A stretch of DNA of 50,887 nt from an uncultured Candidatus Saccharibacteria bacterium (lineage in GTDB: Bacteria > Patescibacteriota > Minisyncoccia > UBA6257 > GWB1-50-10), in contig CAZGHF010000002.1 of NCBI GenBank assembly GCA_964525595.1, positions 1 to 50,887 of the forward strand, written 5' to 3'. The position numbers were made by a program, and so were the translations under genes. Shown piece after piece: positions 42,300-49,759 of this stretch; position 1 is the first letter of the stretch, and each line of letters starts with the position of its first letter. Below the pieces are notes generated by a model that was not told the DNA's origin, did no database searches, and was given only the letters and a program-made list of their open reading frames with translations.

Positions 42300-43007
42300 A
42301 TGGATATTATTTTTCAGTATGCTTATGCGGTGTTAGTCGTGCCTTTTGCGGTGGCGTGGGTTTTGATTTTTATTTTCAGCAAGAATACCAGGAAGGAACA
42401 ACTTATCATGAGCATTTTGCTGATTCCTGTTGGTCCGATTAGTGAATTGATTTATTTTCAGGATTATTGGACCCCCGGCAGTATTTTTTCTTTTTCCATC
42501 GGTCCGGTACTCATATTGATTGAGGATATCCTCTTTCTTTTTTTCATAGGCGGCATCGGGGGAGTTATATATGAAGCGTTGGTCGGCAGGCGGGCGCGAA
42601 AAATAAAAAAGTCTCCTCATTACCTCATCAGCGTTCCTATTGTAATAGCGGTTGTAGTGATTGTTTCTTTAGGGCTTTGGTTTTTAGGGGTTAACTCTAT
42701 TTTCTCAACATCACTTGGGTTTATTGCCGGTGCACTTCTTGTAGTAAGTCAGCGGAAAGACCTATTTATTAATTCATTATTGAGTGGTTTGGGCGTAATG
42801 GCGATTATGTTTGTTTCTTATTTTATTCTTTTTAGCTTCGTTACTAACTCCGAAGAAATTTTACAGCAGGGATGGCTGATCTACGGCACCCGGCTTGATA
42901 TGAGAATTCTTGGTTTGCCCCTTACGGAAATGTTTTGGGGATTTTCCTGGGGATTGCTCGTCGGCCCCATTTACGAATTCGCCCGCAAGCTACAATTGGT
43001 AAAATAA
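42300..43007 (+). CDS. Polytopic membrane protein (about 6-7 TM helices)
   Basis: Hydrophobic segments run throughout the ORF. No family assigned. Confidence 0.55.
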   Translation: MDIIFQYAYAVLVVPFAVAWVLIFIFSKNTRKEQLIMSILLIPVGPISELIYFQDYWTPGSIFSFSIGPVLILIEDILFLFFIGGIGGVIYEALVGRRARKIKKSPHYLISVPIVIAVVVIVSLGLWFLGVNSIFSTSLGFIAGALLVVSQRKDLFINSLLSGLGVMAIMFVSYFILFSFVTNSEEILQQGWLIYGTRLDMRILGLPLTEMFWGFSWGLLVGPIYEFARKLQLVK

Positions 43008-43030
43008 CCTCACCCCCTCCACCGGCGGGA
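43006..43030. repeat. GC-rich intergenic motif, b-type (AACCTCACCCCCTCCACCGGCGGGA)
   Basis: Same core. Overlaps the upstream stop codon. Confidence 0.8.
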
Positions 43031-43038
43031 TGGTTGAT

Positions 43039-43067
43039 ATACCACCCTAGGGGTGGTATTTTGTTTA
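43039..43067 (+). terminator. Hairpin terminator
   Basis: ATACCACCC-TAG-GGGTGGTAT followed by TTTGTTT. Confidence 0.55.
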
Positions 43068-43101
43068 AAGCAAATCAATCCCACTTAGCCGGAGGCGGAA
43101 G

Positions 43102-43227
43102 ATGCCGGACATCATTTTATTAGTATCGCAGCTGCTGCTTCTGGTTATCGGACTGGTTGCAGTGGTATTGGCTATTCTCGTCGGCTCATTCATCTGGGCG
43201 TTGTACCTCGAATGGAGGAGCCCTTGA
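43102..43227 (+). CDS. Possible 41-aa single-TM peptide
   Basis: SD GGAGGCGGAAGATG. Sequence MPDIILLVSQLLLLVIGLVAVVLAILVGSFIWALYLEWRSP. Followed by a terminator. Confidence 0.4.
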   Translation: MPDIILLVSQLLLLVIGLVAVVLAILVGSFIWALYLEWRSP

Positions 43228-43252
43228 TGAAAAGCGCCGCGACGACAAGCGA

Positions 43253-43290
43253 AGGGCGGTCCCCAAAAAGGACCGCCCTCAAACTTTTTA
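43253..43290 (+). terminator. Intrinsic terminator
   Basis: AGGGCGGTCC-CCAAAAA-GGACCGCCCT followed by CAAACTTTTT. Confidence 0.7.
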
Positions 43291-43320
43291 AAAAGTCGCT
43301 GTTTTGCGGTAGAGTTAAGG

Positions 43321-44520
43321 GTGATGGAACCTTTAGCTTCAAAAATCAGACCGAAGAGCTTAAAGGAATTTTTTGGCCAAGAACATTTGGTGGGGAAGGG
43401 AAAGCCTCTCCGGATTGCGATTAAGGAGAAACATCTGTTCTCCTTTATTTTGTGGGGGCCGCCCGGCTCCGGCAAAACAACGCTGGCAAAGATATATGCC
43501 AGGAGCTTAAAGGCAAAACTCTACGAGCTTTCTGCGGTTTCAGCCGGCAAAGACGATATCAAAAAAATACTGGGAGAGGGTCGTTCGCAAACTAACTCAA
43601 GAGGGTGTTTCCGGGGCGACGCCCAAGTCTTACCCTCTATCGCCAGTTCGCTCACTCCCGTTCCGAAGATTTTATTTTTGGACGAAATCCACCGATTCAA
43701 CAAGGCCCAGCAGGACTTTCTTTTGCCGTATGTAGAATCAGGAGAACTTACCTTAATTGGAGCTACAACGGAGAATCCAAGCTTTGAGATTATTTCGCCC
43801 CTGCTTTCGAGGTGCCGGGTGTTTGTATTAAACGAGCTCTCTGCAGAAGAAATGGCAAAGATAATAAAGCGGACGGGCTTAAAGCTGGACAAGAAAGCTA
43901 CAGACTGGCTTTGCGCTATGGCTAACGGAGATGCCAGACAGGCCATTTTAATGCTTGAGAACACCAAAGAACTCTACGGGACAATTAGCGTTGAAACACT
44001 TAAAGATACGCTCCAGGCAAAGTTTCTCCGATATGACAAGAAAGGGGATGAGCATTACAACACCATTTCAGCCTTTATTAAGAGCATGAGAGCATCCCAG
44101 CCCGATGCCGCCTTGTATTACCTGGCAAGAATGATTGATGCAGGAGAAGATCCAAAGTTCATAGCAAGAAGAATGGTCATCTTTGCCTCAGAAGACATCG
44201 GATTAGCCCAACCCACGGCTCTTGTTGTTGCAAATGAGGTATTTCATGCAGTAGAGATGATTGGGCTTCCGGAATGTGCCATTAACCTGGCGCACGGGGT
44301 AGCCTACCTGTGTAAATGCGAAAAGGACAGGAGCTCATACGAGGCATACTTTCGCGCCGTGGATGATGTGAAAGAATTTGGTAATCTGCCGGTTCCTTTA
44401 AAGTTGAGGAATGCCCCGACCAAACTCATGGAAGAATTAGAATACGGAAAGGGGTATGAGAAGTACGCAAAGGATGATTTTTTACCGAAGAAGCTGAAAG
44501 GAAAGAAGTATTTAAGATAA
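43321..44520 (+). CDS. rarA: Replication-associated recombination protein A (AAA+ ATPase)
   Basis: RPKSL.EF.GQEHL, Walker A WGPPGSGKTT, Walker B ILFLDEIHRFNK.QQD.LLP.VE.G, GDAR, and the MgsA C-terminal domain (SA.IKSMR.S.PDAALYYLARM...GEDP.FI.RR). GTG at 43321 or ATG at 43324. Confidence 0.9.
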   Translation: MMEPLASKIRPKSLKEFFGQEHLVGKGKPLRIAIKEKHLFSFILWGPPGSGKTTLAKIYARSLKAKLYELSAVSAGKDDIKKILGEGRSQTNSRGCFRGDAQVLPSIASSLTPVPKILFLDEIHRFNKAQQDFLLPYVESGELTLIGATTENPSFEIISPLLSRCRVFVLNELSAEEMAKIIKRTGLKLDKKATDWLCAMANGDARQAILMLENTKELYGTISVETLKDTLQAKFLRYDKKGDEHYNTISAFIKSMRASQPDAALYYLARMIDAGEDPKFIARRMVIFASEDIGLAQPTALVVANEVFHAVEMIGLPECAINLAHGVAYLCKCEKDRSSYEAYFRAVDDVKEFGNLPVPLKLRNAPTKLMEELEYGKGYEKYAKDDFLPKKLKGKKYLR

Positions 44521-44541
44521 GTACGCTATACTATATATAAT

Positions 44542-47328
44542 ATGACCCGAAGAAGTCTCACTCTGTATATTATCTACGGCCTGGTAGTACTCTTTGCTTT
44601 AATCGTCCTGCCCCGCCTTTTTCAACTGTTGACCGACTGGTACTGGTTTGGAGAAATTGGCTTTAGTAATATTTTTACCACCATACTTTTTTCCAAGATT
44701 CTCCTGGGATTAGGAGTGGGCGTTCTGACCTTTTTTATTATCTACGGCAATCTTTGGCTTACCAGGCGGCTTGTTACGTCAAAGCCGCTGGTTATAAATG
44801 AAGGTGTACAAGGCGGAGTCATTAAGCTTAGAGAATTAGACGCGGGGAAATATATTGATAAAATCATTTTGCCCGTTTCACTTGTACTCGGGCTTTTTAC
44901 GGGTCTGGTTGGAGCAGGCAGTTGGGAGACGGTGCTGAAGTTTTTTAACGCAGTGCCCTTTAACACGTTCGATCCGATTTTTGGCCGCGATATTGGCTTT
45001 TACTTTTTTAGTTTGCCGTTTATTCAGTTTTTGGTCGGGCTTGGATTTTGGGTTATTATCGCTTCTTTCATAGGGGCTGCTGCAAGCTACGCCTTGCGGG
45101 GCGCCATTACAAGACAGTCGGTACCGGGCCTGCCTGCGCAGGCAGGCCTGCCTGTCGGCAAGGCAGGTGTGAGAGTATTGAAATCTTTATTTATGGAAAA
45201 GCCGGCCAAGGTCCATCTGTCAATTCTTGTCGCTCTTTTATTTGTTTTAACCAGTTTCAAGATTTATGCCATAAGAATTCCTTCTCTGCTCTACAACTCT
45301 ACCGGGTCCTTTACCGGCGCCAGCTTTACCGATGTTAATGCCGTTTTGCCGTTCCTGAAGATATTTATGTTTGTTGCCATTATCGCCGCCGTGCTGATAG
45401 TGATAAATATTTTTAAAACGAGCAACCGCTTAATTGTTATAGCTATCGGCATCTATGTCGCAACTTCTATTTTAGGCGGCTGGGCATACCCCTTCTTCCT
45501 GCAAAAACTCGTGGTTTTGCCAAATGAGCTGGTTAAGGAAACTCCTTACATAGAATATAATATTGCAGCTACGCAAAAAGCGTATGCTTTGGACACGGTG
45601 ATAGAGCGTGACCTGACGGGTGAAGCCGCGCTGACCATGTCTGATATCAACAATAACCGCTCCACTATTAGAAATGTGCGGCTCTGGGACCGCAAACCCC
45701 TACTTGACACATTTGGTCAGCTTCAGGAAATCCGCACTTACTATGATTTTGTCTCCATTGATAACGACCGTTATGACTTAAACGGCGACTATCGTCAGGT
45801 TTTGCTTTCCCCGAGAGAGCTTAACTCCGTGAGTCTCCCTCAGCGCACATTTATCAACGAGCGCTTGACCTTTACTCACGGCTTCGGGCTTACCTTAAGT
45901 CCGGTTAATGAAGTAACGCCGGAGGGTCTGCCAGTGCTGTTTTTAAAAGATCTGCCGCCTTCCTCCAGCATAAAATCGCTTGTAGTTAACAGGCCGGAAA
46001 TATACTACGGAGAGTTGACCAGCGACTGGGTTGTGGTCAATACCAAAGCCCAAGAGTTTAATTACCCATCCGGCGAAGAAAATGTCTTTGAAAATTATGA
46101 AGGACAGGGGGGCGTGAAGATTAAATCAATTTGGCGTAAAGCGCTGTTTGCCCTGGAATTCAGGTCATTAAAAACTTTTTTGTCCGACGACATAACGAAT
46201 GAGTCAAGAATAATGTATTACCGCAATATTAAAGATAGAGTCAAGCGGGTATTGCCTTTTTTGAGTCTGGATGACGACCCTTATATGGTTGTTACTGAAG
46301 GAGGGGAGCTGAAATGGATTTATGATGCTTATACAACTTCAGATTATTATCCGTACGCCGAGCGGATGAATGACGCGTTTAGTTCTTTACCGGGGAAGGA
46401 AATCAATTACATAAGAAATTCGGTTAAGGTGGTGATTGACGCTTATGACGGCAAAATGACATTTTATATCGCAGATGAAGATGACCCGATTATTAAAACC
46501 TACGCCAAGATTTTTGAGGACTCGTTTTTGCCGCTTGAACAAATGGATGAGGATTTGAGGGCTCATATCAGATACCCGGAAGATTTGTTTATTTACCAGA
46601 CGGCACTTTACACGGTGTATCACATGGATGAGGCGCAGATTTTCTATAACAAAGAAGATCAGTGGCAGATTCCATTCATTGCAAGCAGCGCGCAGGCTGA
46701 CCCAATGATGCGGCATATGATTATGAAACTGCCGGGCGAGAAGCAGGAAGAGTTTATTCTAATGATCCCGTTTACGCCTCGCGGCAAAGACAATCTCTCG
46801 GCCTGGATGGTGGCGCGCAATGACGGAGAATTTTATGGCCAGCTGGTGGTTTACCGTTTCCCCAAGCAAAAACTGGTCTTTGGGCCCAAGCAGATTACCA
46901 ATCGTATCAATCAGGACACGGAAATTTCCCGGCAGATTTCTCTTTGGGATCAAAGAGGTTCTGAGGTAATCAGAGGAAATCTTTTGGTAATCCCGATTGA
47001 AAAGTCACTTATTTATGTTCAGCCTATTTATTTGCGGGCTGAAGGCGGCAGGATTCCGGAACTTAAAAGAGTGATTGTGGCTCACGAAAACCGCATTGCC
47101 ATGGAAGAAACTCTGGACTTAGCTCTGGAGAGGGTGTTTGGCGGCCAAGTTATGGTGGGCAGAGAGGCGACTGCGGCAGTTCCGGACAAACCGGTAATCA
47201 GCCAGGATTTAATTCAGCAAGCTAAGGACCATTTTGATCGGGCTATGTCTGCCCAGCGCCGCGGCGACTGGGCTTTGTATGGTGAAGAAATTAGAAAGTT
47301 AGATGAGGTATTTGAGAGTGTGAGGTAG
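44542..47328 (+). CDS. UPF0182-family large membrane protein
   Basis: 928 aa with N-terminal multi-TM segments and a large soluble domain. The C-terminal LIYVQPIYLRAEGGRIPELKRVIVAHENRIAMEETLDLAL matches my recollection of the UPF0182 (COG1615) consensus. Confidence 0.6.
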   Translation: MTRRSLTLYIIYGLVVLFALIVLPRLFQLLTDWYWFGEIGFSNIFTTILFSKILLGLGVGVLTFFIIYGNLWLTRRLVTSKPLVINEGVQGGVIKLRELDAGKYIDKIILPVSLVLGLFTGLVGAGSWETVLKFFNAVPFNTFDPIFGRDIGFYFFSLPFIQFLVGLGFWVIIASFIGAAASYALRGAITRQSVPGLPAQAGLPVGKAGVRVLKSLFMEKPAKVHLSILVALLFVLTSFKIYAIRIPSLLYNSTGSFTGASFTDVNAVLPFLKIFMFVAIIAAVLIVINIFKTSNRLIVIAIGIYVATSILGGWAYPFFLQKLVVLPNELVKETPYIEYNIAATQKAYALDTVIERDLTGEAALTMSDINNNRSTIRNVRLWDRKPLLDTFGQLQEIRTYYDFVSIDNDRYDLNGDYRQVLLSPRELNSVSLPQRTFINERLTFTHGFGLTLSPVNEVTPEGLPVLFLKDLPPSSSIKSLVVNRPEIYYGELTSDWVVVNTKAQEFNYPSGEENVFENYEGQGGVKIKSIWRKALFALEFRSLKTFLSDDITNESRIMYYRNIKDRVKRVLPFLSLDDDPYMVVTEGGELKWIYDAYTTSDYYPYAERMNDAFSSLPGKEINYIRNSVKVVIDAYDGKMTFYIADEDDPIIKTYAKIFEDSFLPLEQMDEDLRAHIRYPEDLFIYQTALYTVYHMDEAQIFYNKEDQWQIPFIASSAQADPMMRHMIMKLPGEKQEEFILMIPFTPRGKDNLSAWMVARNDGEFYGQLVVYRFPKQKLVFGPKQITNRINQDTEISRQISLWDQRGSEVIRGNLLVIPIEKSLIYVQPIYLRAEGGRIPELKRVIVAHENRIAMEETLDLALERVFGGQVMVGREATAAVPDKPVISQDLIQQAKDHFDRAMSAQRRGDWALYGEEIRKLDEVFESVR

Positions 47329-47335
47329 TGAAATT

Positions 47336-47818
47336 ATGAAAAAGTCGCTTTCCCGGAAACAAGCCTATATTTGCGGGCCGCTCACCGAGCTTGATCTAGA
47401 GGAATTGCCGGCGGTGAAAAATTTCTGCGAAAAATTAGCCGATGTTTGTGAGAAGGTTCTTGGGGTTAGGGCGTTCGTTCCTCACGAACATTATGATCCA
47501 ATCAAGTATGCTCACTACACCCCGTTGCAGATAGACGAAGTGGAAAGGCGGCAGGTTTGCAAAGAAACAAACCTGCTTGTTGTAGTGGCGGTTGCTCCTT
47601 CCTGGGGCGGCGGGATTGAAGTGGAAATGGCAAATGTTAACAAGATACCAGCGGTACTCCTTTGTGCCGAGAAAAAATTGAAAGATCGCAGAATTTCCCG
47701 CCTTTTACGGGGCAATCCGGCTTTCGTGGAACAGATTGTCTATAATGACGAGACGGACGCTTTAGAGAGGTTTTCCTCATTTCTCAAAAGCATAAAATCA
47801 ACTAATAGCCGGAAATAA
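47336..47818 (+). CDS. Nucleoside 2-deoxyribosyltransferase-like protein
   Basis: AYICGPL N-terminus and the later VVVAVAPSWGGGIEVEMA..NKIPAVLL resemble the NDT-like fold pattern. The match is weak and judged by eye. Confidence 0.4.
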   Translation: MKKSLSRKQAYICGPLTELDLEELPAVKNFCEKLADVCEKVLGVRAFVPHEHYDPIKYAHYTPLQIDEVERRQVCKETNLLVVVAVAPSWGGGIEVEMANVNKIPAVLLCAEKKLKDRRISRLLRGNPAFVEQIVYNDETDALERFSSFLKSIKSTNSRK

Positions 47819-47845
47819 CCTCGTCCCCGCCGGCGGGAGGAGAGG
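47817..47845. repeat. GC-rich intergenic motif, related copy (AACCTCGTCCCCGCCGGCGGGAGGAGAGG)
   Basis: AACCT lead, CCCGCC/GGCGGG hairpin and GGAGGAG tail. Overlaps the upstream stop codon. Confidence 0.6.
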
Positions 47846-47950
47846 TATTGACATATAACGCATAAACCCGTACCCTCAAGGATATTCAGAGAAGTAGAGA
47901 GGTGGTCGAGTTCTGCAACTGAAGTACAACATTAGACATAAAATTATATA

Positions 47951-48148
47951 ATGGAAGGTGTTATAAAGAGACTTACCGACAAAGGCTACGGTTTTATCGG
48001 CAGAGAAGGTGAAGAAAAAGACTTGTTTTTTCACTCTAACAGTCTGGTTGGAACAGATTTCAACAGCTTGAGAGAGGGAGATAAGGTCAAGTTTGAAGTT
48101 GAGCAGTCTGAGAAAGGCCCGAATGCCGTAAGTGTCGAAAAGCTATAA
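47951..48148 (+). CDS. Cold-shock domain protein
   Basis: KGYGFI (RNP1-like), LFFHSNSL (RNP2-like) and GDKVKFEVEQSEKGPNAVSV. 65 aa. A non-coding leader of about 100 nt lies upstream. Confidence 0.85.
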   Translation: MEGVIKRLTDKGYGFIGREGEEKDLFFHSNSLVGTDFNSLREGDKVKFEVEQSEKGPNAVSVEKL

Positions 48149-48165
48149 GCTTTTAAAGTAAGAAA

Positions 48166-48193
48166 CCAAAAAGCCCCGATTCGGGGCTTTTTT
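48166..48193 (+). terminator. Intrinsic terminator
   Basis: AAAAAGCCCCG-ATT-CGGGGCTTTTTT. Confidence 0.85.
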
Positions 48194-48207
48194 GGTAGAA
48201 TAAACCT

Positions 48208-48486
48208 ATGGCCATTATCAAGAAGAAAATCTGGAAAGAGTATTTTGATCTTGTTGCCTCCGGCAAAAAGAAAGTGGAACTGCGCCTGGCTGATTTCGAC
48301 GTTCAAGAAGGGGACACGCTGATTTTGGAAGAGTGGGATAAAGACAAAAAAGAATACACCGGCCGGACGGTTAAGGTCACGGCCACCTATGTTTTAAAAA
48401 CGAAAGACGTCACTTTTTGGTCCAAGGAAGATATTGATAAGTACGGATTTCAAATTATTCAGATAGAGCGAGAACCTCCTCAATAA
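48208..48486 (+). CDS. ASCH/DUF3850-like small RNA-binding-fold protein
   Basis: KKIWKEYFDLVASGKKKVELRLADFDVQEGDTLILEEW...YTGRTVKVTATYV is the DUF3850/ASCH pattern. Confidence 0.65.
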   Translation: MAIIKKKIWKEYFDLVASGKKKVELRLADFDVQEGDTLILEEWDKDKKEYTGRTVKVTATYVLKTKDVTFWSKEDIDKYGFQIIQIEREPPQ

Positions 48487-48519
48487 ACACTCTTTAAGAG
48501 GGTGTGATAGAATTTAATC

Positions 48520-48918
48520 ATGAAAGGTTATATCGGAGACATTGAAAAAGAAACGACGGAAAACGAAAACTTCCGCAAGGTTTTATATACGGGGAAGTTT
48601 AGTCAGCTCGTGGTGATGAGCTTGAAACCCGGCGAGGATATCGGTGAGGAAGTTCACGACGACACTGACCAGTTTCTCCGCGTGGAGGAGGGCGAAGGAA
48701 AGTTGATTTTGGACGGCGTGGAGCACATTATTGCCGACGACTACGCTGTGGTGGTTCCGGCCGGAGCCAAGCACAATATTTTGAACACCTCGGCCGATAA
48801 ACCAATGAAGCTCTACACTATTTATTCGCCGTCCCACCATCGCGACGGAATTATTCACAAAACCAAAGAAGAAGCGATGAGTGATGATGAGCACTTTGAC
48901 GGTAAGACTACGGAGTAG
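48520..48918 (+). CDS. Cupin-domain protein
   Basis: G..IGEEVHDDTDQFLRVEEGEGKL and VVVPAGAKHNI.N are the two cupin motifs. Confidence 0.7.
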   Translation: MKGYIGDIEKETTENENFRKVLYTGKFSQLVVMSLKPGEDIGEEVHDDTDQFLRVEEGEGKLILDGVEHIIADDYAVVVPAGAKHNILNTSADKPMKLYTIYSPSHHRDGIIHKTKEEAMSDDEHFDGKTTE

Positions 48919-48926
48919 ATAAGAAA

Positions 48927-49487
48927 ATGACTCTTACCAAATCTTTTGACAAGCTGAAAAAAGGCGACGAGGCGCCGGGTTTTTCGCTGAAGGGCGCCGG
49001 CGGCAGGACTTACGCTATTACTGATTTTGCCGGGAAAGAGGGAATGCTCGTAATATTTATGTGCAATCACTGCCCGTACGTGATAACGAAAATTGAGGCA
49101 ATGAAAAAGCTTTATGAGAGGTGGGGAGACAAGATTGCCATCGTAGGGATAAACAGCAATGACCCCGATTATCCGGGTGAGGGAATGGAAAACATGAAAA
49201 AATTCGTGAAAGAGAGCGGTATTTCTTTTCCGTATCTTATGGATAAAACGCAGGAGGTAGCTAAAGCGTACGGGGCAACCTGCACCCCGGACCCATTTTT
49301 ATTCGATAAAGAGCAACGCCTGGTATTTCACGGAAGAATCAATGATGAAATGGAGCCGGGTCAGAAAGTGAAGGAAAACACAATGGACGAAAACATAGAA
49401 AAACTTATTGCCGGTGAGGAAATTGACGGAAACGGGAAATATTCCATGGGCTGTTCAATTAAATGGATTAAAAGGTCGGCGGATTAG
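48927..49487 (+). CDS. Thioredoxin-fold (redoxin/TlpA-like) protein
   Basis: A..F.L.G..G..Y...DF.GK..MLVIFMCNHCPYV with a CxxC centre, and FPYL.D..QEVAKAYGA.CTPD.FLFD. Confidence 0.7.
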   Translation: MTLTKSFDKLKKGDEAPGFSLKGAGGRTYAITDFAGKEGMLVIFMCNHCPYVITKIEAMKKLYERWGDKIAIVGINSNDPDYPGEGMENMKKFVKESGISFPYLMDKTQEVAKAYGATCTPDPFLFDKEQRLVFHGRINDEMEPGQKVKENTMDENIEKLIAGEEIDGNGKYSMGCSIKWIKRSAD

Positions 49488-49511
49488 ATTAAAAGAAATT
49501 TATAATTATTT

Positions 49512-49739
49512 ATGTATTGGGGATTTAACGGTCCTTGGGATGGTTGGTTTTGGGGATTCGGTGGGTTACTTTTTGCAGTGCTTATTGTTTGGAGTCTTGT
49601 CTGGAAGGGGTTGGCTCTCTGGAGAGCTGCAAAGCACAGCCACAAAGTTTGGTTTATTGCCTTTCTTCTTATAAACACGGCCGGCATTTTGGAGATTCTT
49701 TACATTTACTTTTTCAGCAAGAAAAAGTGGGCTAAGTGA
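49512..49739 (+). CDS. Small two-TM membrane protein (DUF5652-like)
   Basis: WSLVWKGLALWRAAKHSHKVWFIAFLLINTAGILEILYIYFF matches the DUF5652 pattern as I recall it. Confidence 0.6.
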   Translation: MYWGFNGPWDGWFWGFGGLLFAVLIVWSLVWKGLALWRAAKHSHKVWFIAFLLINTAGILEILYIYFFSKKKWAK

Positions 49740-49759
49740 CCGGGGTTAGTGTATGCCGG

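Noticed and set aside
41584-43067. Integron gene-cassette array.
   Set aside because: No intI-type integrase or attI site is present. The boundary motif lacks the R''/L''...L'/R' (GTTRRRY) organisation and length of attC sites.
47846-47950. Possible small RNA or cold-box element in the 130-nt region upstream of the cold-shock gene.
   Set aside because: I found only a TTGACA with a poor -10 element (TACCCT) and no conserved structure recognisable by eye. A long 5' UTR is normal for csp genes.
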